DNA of 64,000 nt from Abditibacterium sp. (GCA_965199495.1 CBDASK010000003.1:1664001-1728000), one strand, 5' to 3'; positions 49,996 to 59,625 are shown, counted from the stretch's first letter. Translations and numbers: made by a program. Notes: a model not told the origin generated them from the sequence alone.

Positions 49996-51240
49996 TCATT
50001 CGATTTCCGGTTTCAATTCCAAGCCGTCGAACAAGCCGACGTGGCCCATCTTCTGTTGTTTAGTGCGCAAATAAAACTCGTTTTCGGCGTGAACCGTCGG
50101 GCGCAAAGCGATGCGTTCGACGATCTGCAAACCGTAACCTTCCAAACCGACGCGTTTGCCGGGATTGTTGGTGAGCAAACGCATTTTGCGCACGCCCAAA
50201 TCATATAAAACCTGCGCACCGGTGCCGTATTCGCGACTGTCGGATGCAAAGCCGAGGGCGTGATTGGCCTGTTCGGTATCGGCACCTTTGTCCTGCAAGG
50301 CATAGGCGCGCAGTTTGTTGATGATGCCGATGCCGCGCCCTTCGTGATGGCCGATATAAAGCAAAATGCCGCTTCCGGCGTCGTTAATCGCGTTCATCGC
50401 CGAATGCAATTGTTCGCCGCAATCGCAGCGCAAACTGAGCAAAGCGTCGCCGGTCAAGCAACCCGAATGCACGCGCACCAAAGTCGGTTCTTCGGGCCGA
50501 ATTTCGCCTTTGACGAGCGCGATGTAGGGCGTTTGATCGATGACCGATTCGTAGGCGACGGCTTTGAATTCACCGAAGGCCGTCGGCAAGCGCGCCTCGG
50601 TGACACGTTGCACGAGTTTTTCGTGTTGGCGGCGATAGCGAATCAGTTCTTCGACCGAAATCATTTTCAAGTCGTGCTTTTTGGCGAGTTCAGTCAATTC
50701 GGGCAAATTGGACGCTTCGCCTTCGTCATTGAGAATTTCGCAAATGACCGCCGCCGGATAAAGCCCGGCCAAGTGGCACAAATCCACGCCTGCTTCGGTG
50801 TGTCCGGCGCGCGCCAACACGCCGCCATCGCTGGCGCGGAGGGGAAAAATATGGCCGGGCTGCGTGAAATCGTTCAGCGAGGCGCTGGGATGGATCAACG
50901 TTTGGACGGTGCGCGCGCGGTCGGACGCCGAAATGCCGGTCGTCGTGCCGTTACGCGCATCCACGCTAATGGTGAACGCGGTGCCGTGACGGTCGGTGTT
51001 GCGCGGCGTCATCGAATCGAGTTTGAGTTCATCAATGCGTTTGCCTTCCATCGGCACGCAGATCAGGCCGCGCGCTTCGCGGGCCATCAAGTTAATCGCG
51101 GCACGGTCGGCGAACTCGGCGGCGACGATTAAATCGCCTTCGTTCTCGCGCGATTCGTCGTCGGTCACAATCAAAAATTTGCCCGCGCGAAAATCGGCAA
51201 CGGCCTCTTCGATGGGCGAAAATGGGGTTTCGGAATTCAT
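49996..51240 (-). CDS. ribBA: Bifunctional DHBP synthase / GTP cyclohydrolase II
   Basis: DDESRENEGDL, PGHIFPL, GHTE, VRVHSGCLTGD, RCDCG, TNNP. Confidence 0.98.
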   Translation of the reverse strand: MNSETPFSPIEEAVADFRAGKFLIVTDDESRENEGDLIVAAEFADRAAINLMAREARGLICVPMEGKRIDELKLDSMTPRNTDRHGTAFTISVDARNGTTTGISASDRARTVQTLIHPSASLNDFTQPGHIFPLRASDGGVLARAGHTEAGVDLCHLAGLYPAAVICEILNDEGEASNLPELTELAKKHDLKMISVEELIRYRRQHEKLVQRVTEARLPTAFGEFKAVAYESVIDQTPYIALVKGEIRPEEPTLVRVHSGCLTGDALLSLRCDCGEQLHSAMNAINDAGSGILLYIGHHEGRGIGIINKLRAYALQDKGADTEQANHALGFASDSREYGTGAQVLYDLGVRKMRLLTNNPGKRVGLEGYGLQIVERIALRPTVHAENEFYLRTKQQKMGHVGLFDGLELKPEIE

Positions 51241-51256
51241 TGGTAAGCGTCCTATC

Positions 51257-51877
51257 TTATTCTTCGTCGCGCGATCCGCCGTGCGTGTAATTCGTCAATC
51301 GCTCGACATATTTCGCGATAATATCAACTTCGACGTTGACGCGACTTCCCGGCGTCCATGCGCTCGACGCGGTTTTTTCCTGCGAGTGCGGAATGAGGGC
51401 AATCGAGAATTTATTGTAGGCGACGTTGGCGACTGTCAGCGAGACGCCATCCAAACAAATCGAGCCTTTTTCGACGATGTAGCGCATCAACTGAAACGGT
51501 GGCTGAAAGGTAATCCACAAACTCTCGCCTTCGGGCCGCGCGCCAACGACATCAGCCACGCCGTCCACATGGCCTTGCACGATGTGTCCGCCCAAACGCG
51601 CATCGGCGCGTAGTGCCCGTTCGAGATTAACGCGGTCGCCGATTGCGCGCTTGCCCAGAGTTGTGCGCCGCAGCGTTTCTTCGACGGCGGTGACGGCGAA
51701 AGTTTGCGCATCAAAATCGGTGGCGGTCAGACAGACGCCCGAAACCGCAATGGAATCGCCGATGTGAGCGTCGGCGAGAAATTCGGCATCGTCCAACTTA
51801 ACGGTAAATTTGCGTGCGCCCTCGGTTTGCGCGATGTCAGAGATCGTGCCGGTGGCTTCGATAAGTCCGGTGAACAT
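51257..51877 (-). CDS. ribE: Riboflavin synthase
   Basis: MFTGLIE, GDSIAVSGVCLT, VNLERA, GGHIVQGHVD. Confidence 0.97.
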   Translation of the reverse strand: MFTGLIEATGTISDIAQTEGARKFTVKLDDAEFLADAHIGDSIAVSGVCLTATDFDAQTFAVTAVEETLRRTTLGKRAIGDRVNLERALRADARLGGHIVQGHVDGVADVVGARPEGESLWITFQPPFQLMRYIVEKGSICLDGVSLTVANVAYNKFSIALIPHSQEKTASSAWTPGSRVNVEVDIIAKYVERLTNYTHGGSRDEE

Positions 51878-51948
51878 ATTTGAGTTTGGTGAATACGCTA
51901 ACGACGGACGGGCGCCCAAGGCTCCGATTGAGGCGGATGAGAGTTGTG

Positions 51949-52112
51949 GGTTTTGACCCCCTCCCTAACCCTCCCCCGTTCCGGGAGAGGGGACACCTGT
52001 TCGGCAATATTGCTCGCAAGAACTGACTTAAAAGAAAGTTGCAGCAGGTTTTATTCGCAAGCGAGTGTCCCCTCTCCCGGAACGGGGGAGGGCTAGGGAG
52101 GGGGCCAAAACC
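51949..52112. repeat. Palindromic element family B, copy 2
   Basis: Near-perfect 48-bp arms 51949-51996 and 52065-52112 between ribD and ribE. Confidence 0.85.
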
Positions 52113-52128
52113 TACACTCTCCTCAAAT

Positions 52129-53223
52129 TCACGGCTCGCGCAAATAACCTTCGATGAGGGTATCAACACCGAACCGCGAAACACAGACACGCTCCAAGCG
52201 TGACACATTGTTCATCGCATCGAACTTGATGCCCGACAATAATCGTTGACCGTCGCCCATCAAAATCGGCGCGATAAATAATGCGACTTTATCAATCACG
52301 CCTGCCTCGAACGCGCTGGCAGCCACGCGCGCGCCGCCTTCGATTAAAACCGAATAAATTCCGTCGCGCCACAGTTGTTGCATCAGCGCGTCCCAATTGT
52401 CGGCGAGCGGCCATACTTTCGCGCCACGCGCTTCCAATGGTTTCAGGTTTTCGGCGGGCGCATCGGCGCGGCAAACGATGATGACAGCGGGCGCCTCGTC
52501 CCAAAGTTTCGCGTTCAAAGGCGTGCGCGCGCCGCCGTCCAAAACGATGCGAGTTGGCTGTTTCGCTTCGCCATCCAAGCGCACCGATAATTTTGGATCG
52601 TCGGATAAAACCGTTCCGATGCCGACTAATATCGCGTCGTGAAAATGCCGCAATTGGTGCGCGCGGGCGCGCGCCAGCGAACCGGTAATCCATTTCGATG
52701 CGCCGTTATCTAATGCGATATTTCCATCCAACGAAAGCGCGCTTTTGAGCGTGACGAATGGACGTTTGCCGACGACGGAATACAAAAATTCGTCCAACGA
52801 CGCGAAACATTCATCGGTCAAGACGCCGACTTCGATTTCCAAACCGGCTTCGCTCATGCGCTTGAGGCCGCGGCCAGCCACGCGCGGATCGGGGTCAACG
52901 ACGCCCACGACAACGCGCGTAATTCCTTCGCGAATCAGCAAATCGCAGCACGGCGGCGTTGTGCCCCAATGCGCGCACGGTTCGAGCGTGGTATAGGCCG
53001 TCGCGCCGCGCGTGCCACGCACATTGTCGCGCCGCCAACTTTCGCGAATCGCCATAACTTCGGCGTGCGGATGGCCGTCGCCGGGTTGCGTATGGCCCGC
53101 GCCGATGATTTCGTCATCGCGCACCAAAACGCAGCCGACGCTGGGGCGCGGACTCGTCCAACCTTTGCCCTGCAACGCCACTTCGATGGCGGCGCGCATC
53201 CATTTTTCGTCGTTTAAATTCAT
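52129..53223 (-). CDS. ribD: Riboflavin biosynthesis deaminase/reductase
   Basis: HAE, TLEPCAH.G.TPPC, SLDG, SKWIT, IEGG. Confidence 0.97.
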   Translation of the reverse strand: MNLNDEKWMRAAIEVALQGKGWTSPRPSVGCVLVRDDEIIGAGHTQPGDGHPHAEVMAIRESWRRDNVRGTRGATAYTTLEPCAHWGTTPPCCDLLIREGITRVVVGVVDPDPRVAGRGLKRMSEAGLEIEVGVLTDECFASLDEFLYSVVGKRPFVTLKSALSLDGNIALDNGASKWITGSLARARAHQLRHFHDAILVGIGTVLSDDPKLSVRLDGEAKQPTRIVLDGGARTPLNAKLWDEAPAVIIVCRADAPAENLKPLEARGAKVWPLADNWDALMQQLWRDGIYSVLIEGGARVAASAFEAGVIDKVALFIAPILMGDGQRLLSGIKFDAMNNVSRLERVCVSRFGVDTLIEGYLREP

Positions 53224-53666
53224 TCTTTGGGTCGCTCTGGCGAGGGCGTTTTGGGATGCTCGGCTTGAATCCGCTCGATTTCGGCGCGCGCCAATTTGCC
53301 CGCGTCGCGCTCAAATTTCTCGCGTTGCAACTGCGCGCCTTTGATCGTCAAAAACGCGTCGAACGCCGTGATGAGCAAGGCGATAACCAACAGCCCCATC
53401 GCGCCCATCACGACGGCGGCGAATCGTTTGCCGGTGATTCCGTCCGCCGGGCCGGACGGCCACAGGAAAAACGTGGCATAGGCCAAACTGCCCAAAACCA
53501 GCAGCCACAGGCAACCGCCCAAAACGCGCCAACGCATCTGGCGCGGCGATAACACCGAGTTGCCGCGCTTGAGGCGTCCGAACTCGAAGAAAATTCCGGC
53601 GCCGATGGCGACCATTCCGGCCACGCAAAGCGCGCCGAAGATCAAGCGAAGGGTTTGGGCGGGCAT
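53220..53666 (-). CDS. Hypothetical 3-TM membrane protein, first gene of the rib operon
   Basis: Three hydrophobic segments; ATGA overlap with ribD. Confidence 0.75.
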   Translation of the reverse strand: MPAQTLRLIFGALCVAGMVAIGAGIFFEFGRLKRGNSVLSPRQMRWRVLGGCLWLLVLGSLAYATFFLWPSGPADGITGKRFAAVVMGAMGLLVIALLITAFDAFLTIKGAQLQREKFERDAGKLARAEIERIQAEHPKTPSPERPKE

Positions 53667-53822
53667 GAGAAGGGAGAGTTTAATCTTGCGCGCTCGTAGA
53701 GACGCAGATTTATCGCGTCTAAAATGTTTTAATTGCCGTTTCCTTAAAGCAAGTTCGACGTTTTAGACGCGATAAATCTGCGTCTCTACGAGCGCGCAAG
53801 ATTAAACTCTCCCTTCTCATGC
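53663..53822. repeat. GTAG-type REP doublet palindrome whose arms include both divergent start codons
   Basis: Perfect 62-bp arms 53663-53724 and 53761-53822 containing GTAGAGACGCAGATTTATCGCGTCT. Confidence 0.9.
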
Positions 53823-55465
53823 TTCCGCTTTTGCCCCTCGATTTATCTACGCTGCCGATTCAAGACTTCGATTTTCTGATTATTGGCTCCGGCGTGGCTG
53901 GACTTTCGTGCGCCATCGAATTGGCGCCGCACGGACAGGTCGGCGTTTTGACCAAAGAAGACATCACGCAAGGCTCGACCAAATGGGCGCAGGGCGGCAT
54001 CGCGGCGGTTTTGGCGCCCGAACCGGTTGATTCGCCCGCGCTGCACCAATCTGATACCGAAACGGCGGGCGCCGGTTTGTCCGATCCGTCCGCCGTGGCT
54101 GTGTTGGTGGGCGACGGGCCGCAACGCATTCGCGAACTCATCGCGCGCGGCGCGCACTTCGATACCGAACCCAACGGCGACCTCAAACTCACGCGCGAGG
54201 CCGCGCATCGCGCGCGCCGCATCGTTCACGCGCAGGGCGATTCGACGGGCCGCGAAGTGCAGCGCAGTCTGGGCCAAGTCGCGCACGACGACGCGCGCAT
54301 TTCGGTGTTGGAAAACGTTCTGACGGTTGATTTATGGATCGAGCGCGGCAGATGTCGCGGCGCCGTCGGTTTGAACGCTGATGGCGAATTAGTTTTGTTT
54401 CGCGCTAAAGCCACGATTGTCGCGACGGGCGGCGTCGGCGCGTTGTATAAAGTCACGACCAACCCGGCGGTTCTCACGGGCGATGGCATGGCGATGGCGT
54501 TTCGCGCGGGCGCGCCATTGATGGACATGGAATTCGTGCAATTTCACCCGACGGCTTTTGCCAAAGGCCCGTCGAATCCGCGCTTTTTAATCAGCGAAGC
54601 CGTGCGCGGTGAGGGCGCGCATTTGGTGGACGACCGAGGCGTGCGTTTCATGCCCAACTATCATCCCGACGCCGAACTGGCGCCGCGCGATGTCGTGGCG
54701 CGCGCGATTGCGTCCGAAATGTTGGCGAGCGGCGCCGAACACGTTTTTCTCGATTTGACCGCCAACAGCGCGCAAGAAATCGCCGCCCGTTTTCCGACGA
54801 TTTATTCGACGTGCGTCGCTTACGGCATTGACCCGGCGACCGAGCCGATTCCGGTCGCGCCCGCCGAGCATTACATGATGGGCGGCATTCGCACCGATTT
54901 GGACGGCGCGACTTCGATTCCCGGCTTGTTGGCGGCGGGCGAGTGCGCCTGCACCGGCGTTCACGGCGCCAACCGATTGGCGAGTAATTCGATGCTCGAA
55001 GGTTTGGTTTTCGGCATCCGCACCGTGCGCGCTGCAATGAAATGCGCCACCGATTCCGACGCCGAACCCGGCTCGCCCGTCGCGCCGCGCACTTTTCAGG
55101 CGAACTCGATTCCGTCCGATAATTTTTCCGATGACGAATTAAACCAAGCCAAAACGCAGTTGCAAGCCGCGATGTGGCGCGGCGTCGGTCTGGTGCGCGA
55201 TGCAGCCACGTTGGGCCACACCTTGACAACAATCAACGATTTATACGCGAAATTCGGCCATCCCGGCCCGCGCCGCAACGCCATCGAACTCGCCAACATG
55301 ATCGAGTGCGCGTGGCTCATCACGCGCGCCGCCCTCGAACGCCACGAAAGTCGCGGCGCCCATTTTCGCCGCGATTTCCCCGCCACGCGCGAAGAATGGA
55401 AACATCATTTATTATTGAGCGGCGACCGCGATAGTCTGGTCATTAGCGAAATCGAGGTGAAATAA
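53819..55465 (+). CDS. nadB: L-aspartate oxidase
   Basis: IGSGVAG, WAQGGIAA, VQFHPT, LISEAVRGEG, ELAPRDVVARAI, HGANRLASNS. Confidence 0.95.
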   Translation: MLPLLPLDLSTLPIQDFDFLIIGSGVAGLSCAIELAPHGQVGVLTKEDITQGSTKWAQGGIAAVLAPEPVDSPALHQSDTETAGAGLSDPSAVAVLVGDGPQRIRELIARGAHFDTEPNGDLKLTREAAHRARRIVHAQGDSTGREVQRSLGQVAHDDARISVLENVLTVDLWIERGRCRGAVGLNADGELVLFRAKATIVATGGVGALYKVTTNPAVLTGDGMAMAFRAGAPLMDMEFVQFHPTAFAKGPSNPRFLISEAVRGEGAHLVDDRGVRFMPNYHPDAELAPRDVVARAIASEMLASGAEHVFLDLTANSAQEIAARFPTIYSTCVAYGIDPATEPIPVAPAEHYMMGGIRTDLDGATSIPGLLAAGECACTGVHGANRLASNSMLEGLVFGIRTVRAAMKCATDSDAEPGSPVAPRTFQANSIPSDNFSDDELNQAKTQLQAAMWRGVGLVRDAATLGHTLTTINDLYAKFGHPGPRRNAIELANMIECAWLITRAALERHESRGAHFRRDFPATREEWKHHLLLSGDRDSLVISEIEVK

Positions 55466-55878
55466 TGCCCGAACTGCAATGGGACGAATTCGATTTCTTT
55501 TACTGTTTGGAAGTCGAGCCGCAATTCTATGACGAATACAAATTGCGTTATATTTACAAAGTCGAGAAAGAAGGATTGGCTTTGACTGTCGTTGTTCGTC
55601 CGTTGGATGGTGCTATTTTTCTTTCGTTGGGCCAGCGGGGAAGCGAACTTTCTCTCGTTGAATTCGCGGTTTTGGTTCGCGGCAAAATTCGTTATATCCG
55701 CGACAAACGCGGCGAATATTTAGAATTCGACGATTGTCTGCTCATGCCAACAACGATGTCACACTATCGGTTGATGCGTCCTCCAGCAAAACAGGCGGAT
55801 GCGATGGACGCGTTTCAACCCGGTTGGACTGTTCAACTTTCCATCAAACCGCAAATCCAAATTCGCTATCTTGATTAG
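55465..55878 (+). CDS. Hypothetical protein coupled to nadB
   Basis: TAATG overlap; 137 aa; WDEFDFFYCLEVEP N-terminus. Confidence 0.65.
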   Translation: MPELQWDEFDFFYCLEVEPQFYDEYKLRYIYKVEKEGLALTVVVRPLDGAIFLSLGQRGSELSLVEFAVLVRGKIRYIRDKRGEYLEFDDCLLMPTTMSHYRLMRPPAKQADAMDAFQPGWTVQLSIKPQIQIRYLD

Positions 55879-55894
55879 ATTTCCGCGCCAAAAG

Positions 55895-55931
55895 AAAAAG
55901 GCAAAAGTGCACGATGCACTTTTGCCTTTTT
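55895..55931. terminator. Bidirectional intrinsic terminator between convergent genes
   Basis: AAAAAGGCAAAAGTGCA-CGA-TGCACTTTTGCCTTTTT. Confidence 0.8.
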
Positions 55932-55945
55932 TGCTTTTGTGAAAA

Positions 55946-57136
55946 TTAATTCTCGCGTTCGTTCAACTTCGCCGTCAATTCTTCGACCTGTTTTTCCAAG
56001 CGCCGCAGTTGTTTCGCCATATCGGGCAGTTTGCGCGAAGCGGCGTGAACGCGCAGATATTCGCGTTGCGGCAACGAGGGCGAACCCATCACGAATTCGC
56101 CGGGCGGAATGTCGGCCATAATGCCCGCTTTGGCGCCCAAAATCGCGCCTTTGCCGATGCGCACATGATCGCGCAAACCGACTTGACCGGCCATGCTCAC
56201 GTTATCTTCGATAATCACCGACCCGCTTAAACCGACTTGGCCGCAAATCACGCAATTTTTGCCGACTTGAACGTTGTGCGCGATTTGCGTCAGGTTGTCC
56301 ACTTTGGTGCCTTCGCCCACGCGCGTGGCTCCCATTGTGGCGCGGTCAATGCACACGTTGGCGCCGATTTCCACGTCGTCTTCGATAATGACGGTGCCGA
56401 TTTGCGGGACTTTCTGGTGGCGCTCGCCGTCGAAAACATAGCCGAAACCGTCGCTGCCCAAAACGCTGCCCGAATGAATGCGCACGCGTTTGCCGATGTG
56501 AACCTGACGATAAATCACGACCGACGGATAAATAATCGTGCCCCTGCCGATTTGCGCGCCGTCGCCGACGGTGACGTGCGGATACAAAACCGCGCCATCG
56601 TCAATGCGCGCGTGATGGCCGACGTAACAGCCCTCGCGAATGGTGACATTTTTGCCGATGATCGCGTCCGATTCGATGACGGCGGTGCGATGCACGCCTT
56701 TTTCCGGCAGCGCGGCGGGCTGCATCCATTCCAAAACTTTGGCGAACGCCAGACGCGGATTGCCCGCGAAAACAATCGGTTTTTCGTGGGTTTGGCGGTC
56801 TTTGGCGCGCTTGTTTTCGGCGCTTTTGCGTTGCAAACGGCGCGCTTCTTCGAGAGTTTCGCGCAATGCTTCGGGCGCGATGATAGCCGCCGCGTTCGAT
56901 TGGAGCGCCTCAACAATCAGCTTGTCCGAATCTATGAAAGAAATCGCGCCGGGCGCGGCGCTTTCGAGACCAGCCACGCCGGTGATGGGCGTGGATTCGT
57001 CGCCGACCCATTGCGCGCCCAAAAGCTGCGCGATTTCGCCCACGGTCGTAGTGCGAATCTCATTAGCGCGGATTTCTCCCGTGCGATTCTCGCCGTTGCG
57101 AGTTGGGCCGTTCGAGGCCACATTAGCGGTCGCCAT
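55946..57136 (-). CDS. lpxD: UDP-3-O-(3-hydroxyacyl)glucosamine N-acyltransferase
   Basis: NPRLAFA, hexapeptide repeats, GSDGFGY, DDVEIGAN.CIDR, KVDNLTQIAHNV. Confidence 0.96.
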   Translation of the reverse strand: MATANVASNGPTRNGENRTGEIRANEIRTTTVGEIAQLLGAQWVGDESTPITGVAGLESAAPGAISFIDSDKLIVEALQSNAAAIIAPEALRETLEEARRLQRKSAENKRAKDRQTHEKPIVFAGNPRLAFAKVLEWMQPAALPEKGVHRTAVIESDAIIGKNVTIREGCYVGHHARIDDGAVLYPHVTVGDGAQIGRGTIIYPSVVIYRQVHIGKRVRIHSGSVLGSDGFGYVFDGERHQKVPQIGTVIIEDDVEIGANVCIDRATMGATRVGEGTKVDNLTQIAHNVQVGKNCVICGQVGLSGSVIIEDNVSMAGQVGLRDHVRIGKGAILGAKAGIMADIPPGEFVMGSPSLPQREYLRVHAASRKLPDMAKQLRRLEKQVEELTAKLNEREN

Positions 57137-57416
57137 AAAAATTTGACTCCTGAATTGCGTTGTTCCCTATGCGCTCCAATAGTTATAGAGTGCGCCCAGA
57201 AAAAATAACGGTAACGATGAATTGCGGTGATGTTCAGGAAAGCGGCGCGCAAAAAAATGCACGTTCGTTGACAGTTCCGCCCTATTTTACCACGTTAAAG
57301 AAACTCTCACCCGTTTCAAGTTGCGCGATAAGTTCATCGCGTTCACAACAATTGCTTAATACAAGTTTTTTAACGGCTCCCTGAACCAAAATAGGCGCGC
57401 TTGACAATCGCGGTTT

Positions 57417-58778
57417 TTAGCCCGCTGAAATCGCGAACAATTTCTGCAACGCCAACGCCGTGCGGTCGGGCGCGTCGTCTTCATCCGACAACTGCGCGCC
57501 CCAACTCAGCGCCAATTGCTGCGCCCACTGTTTCGCATCGCGGCGCGCCTGAGCGCGCAATTGCGCGATATTTTCGCTTTTGGTTCGAGCCGTCTGGCTT
57601 AACGAACGATTGTCGCGAGCAATCAACAAATCACCATCGTTTCTGTCCGACGCAGACGCGTTACCGCGCGCGTTTGTTGGAAAAGAACTGTTGTCGTTCA
57701 CGCTCAAATTGGTGTCAGCGAGGCGCGTTGGTGGGAGCAACAAACGCAAAATTTGAGTGTCGCTGGCGCCGGGCGCGTTGCTGTTCAAGCGGTTTTCGAC
57801 GAGTTGGCGCAGTTCTAAGCGCGCGTAATAACGCTCCGATTCGCGCTTGGTCGCGGCGGCGTCCAGCGCAGCGAGGCCTTCGCGGCGCAATCGCGCGGGC
57901 AGTTCTTCGAAAGCCGCGCGCAATCGCGCGTTTTGCTGCGCGGTTTGGCGCGCCCAAACCTCGTTGAGCCGTTTTTCGATGACTTCGATTTTGGCGGCGG
58001 CGGCGGCTTTTTGCGCGACCGGCACGCTGAGTTGCTCTAACAATTGCAAACGCAAGTTAGAAAGTTCGAGCGCAGTTTCGGGCGAAACCGGAGTCAGAGA
58101 AATCGCCTCGACCGCGCCGCGCGTGGCCGCTCGAATGCGGCCTTCCAGCGCGCGCCGCGCCAAATCCGATTCGGCGACTTCCAAATCGTTCTGGCGGGTG
58201 CGCAGGTCGGACAGAAAATCGTCGAGCGTGGCGCGACTGGCCGCAATCGCCGGGCGCTGATTCAGCGTCGCCGTCACGCTACGCGCCGCGCGCGTTGGCA
58301 AAGCGTTGATGTCGGGAATCGCCAATTCGCCTGCCACATTTTTAGTGGGATTAACCGGCGCCAACGACGGCACGCGAACGCCAATTTGGCGCGCATCGGT
58401 GGGCGCAATCGTTTCGCGTTGCAGCGCGTCGGCGAGCAGCCACGCCGCATGGCGACGCGCCAGAGCATCAATATCAATGCGAATCGCGCGCGGCCCGGCT
58501 TTCGCCGTGGCTGCTCCGGCGGGCGCGGAGTAACGATTAATCCACGCGGTCACAGTTTTGGCGTTGATGCCCGCGACCGCCCGTTCCAGCGAACGCGAGC
58601 GCGCCGCCGCCGCTTTGTCGTTGGCCGCGATTTCCACTGTCGTCGGCGGTTGCGGAATTGGCGGTATGACTTGCGGCAATGCCGAACAACCGCCTAAAAA
58701 TCCCGCGCCCAAAAGCACGCCCGCCCACGCGATGCGCGATGAGCGCAGTGCGTTGGAGCGAGCGGGAATTTTGGGCAT
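57417..58778 (-). CDS. Hypothetical lipoprotein with coiled-coil regions
   Basis: Lipobox-like LGGC; Ala/Arg-rich helices; lies between the OmpH-like gene and lpxD. Confidence 0.65.
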   Translation of the reverse strand: MPKIPARSNALRSSRIAWAGVLLGAGFLGGCSALPQVIPPIPQPPTTVEIAANDKAAAARSRSLERAVAGINAKTVTAWINRYSAPAGAATAKAGPRAIRIDIDALARRHAAWLLADALQRETIAPTDARQIGVRVPSLAPVNPTKNVAGELAIPDINALPTRAARSVTATLNQRPAIAASRATLDDFLSDLRTRQNDLEVAESDLARRALEGRIRAATRGAVEAISLTPVSPETALELSNLRLQLLEQLSVPVAQKAAAAAKIEVIEKRLNEVWARQTAQQNARLRAAFEELPARLRREGLAALDAAATKRESERYYARLELRQLVENRLNSNAPGASDTQILRLLLPPTRLADTNLSVNDNSSFPTNARGNASASDRNDGDLLIARDNRSLSQTARTKSENIAQLRAQARRDAKQWAQQLALSWGAQLSDEDDAPDRTALALQKLFAISAG

Positions 58779-58794
58779 TGGGTTGAGGGCGAGC

Positions 58795-58869
58795 CAACAG
58801 AACCCGGAGCGGAAGCGACGCGGCTAATTCAGCACTCAAGCCGCGTCGCTTCCGCTCCGGGTTCTGTTG
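58795..58869. repeat. Palindromic element (AGAACCCGGAGCGGAAGCGAC type)
   Basis: Perfect 31-bp arms 58795-58825 and 58839-58869 with a 13-nt loop. Confidence 0.82.
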
Positions 58870-58875
58870 CGCGAT

Positions 58876-59625
58876 TTAATTCAAGCGCTTCAAAACTTCA
58901 TCGGTGATGTCGATATTATCCGCCGACCACACCAACGCTTTTTTGCGAATCACGGCATTTAATTTCTTTTCGGTCGCGACTTGAATGACGACCGAGTTCG
59001 CTTTGTCGGTGTAGCTTTTGTCCACGTCGTCCTGCTGCTTGCGGATCGCTTCGAGCAGATTTTGCGAGAGAGCCTGCAAACCGGGGCCATTTTTCGAGGC
59101 CATATCCTGCAACTCTTTGAGGCGGGTTTCATCGGCGGGCGTGCGGTTGGCTTTGCCGATGAGACCGAGAAATTCGGCTTTGCGGTCGGTACCGGTTTTG
59201 ACCAAGCCATCGAGTTGCGTCTGTTGCGCCCCAGAGAGCGTGGGCAAAACGATCACGCTATCGAAGGCTTTGCCTTCGGTGTCGTTGAGATACTCGCGCG
59301 CCGGGATTTTGGAATCCAAACCCTGCGCGCGCTTGTCGAGATCGCCGATGGCGGTTTGATAGAGTTTGTAACCGTCGGCGAGTTTTTCTTCATCAACAAC
59401 GCCAACAGTGGACGCGGGTTGCGCGTGCGCCACGCGCGCGGCGGGCACAAAAGCCAGCGTCGAGGCCAACCCAAAAGCGGCCAACAAGGGAAACGCGCGC
59501 AAACGCGAAGCAAGGGAAAAGGAACGAAAATTGGTTTTCAAGGGGAAACTCCAGAAGAAACTCGCGCGCGTGCAAAAGCGCGCAGCAGGCAAATATTTTA
59601 TCTGACGCTCGCGATTAGCGCCCAA
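58876..59625 (-). CDS. OmpH/Skp-like periplasmic chaperone (start uncertain)
   Basis: Signal peptide ending AHA; VGVVD..K; coiled coil; VA.EKKL..V; IDITDEVLKRLN. Confidence 0.8.
   Translation of the reverse strand: MGANRERQIKYLPAARFCTRASFFWSFPLKTNFRSFSLASRLRAFPLLAAFGLASTLAFVPAARVAHAQPASTVGVVDEEKLADGYKLYQTAIGDLDKRAQGLDSKIPAREYLNDTEGKAFDSVIVLPTLSGAQQTQLDGLVKTGTDRKAEFLGLIGKANRTPADETRLKELQDMASKNGPGLQALSQNLLEAIRKQQDDVDKSYTDKANSVVIQVATEKKLNAVIRKKALVWSADNIDITDEVLKRLN

Noticed and set aside
53667..53818. FMN riboswitch upstream of the rib operon
   Set aside because: The region is fully occupied by the palindrome and lacks RFN conserved strings such as AGGGCGGGGTGAAATTCCC.
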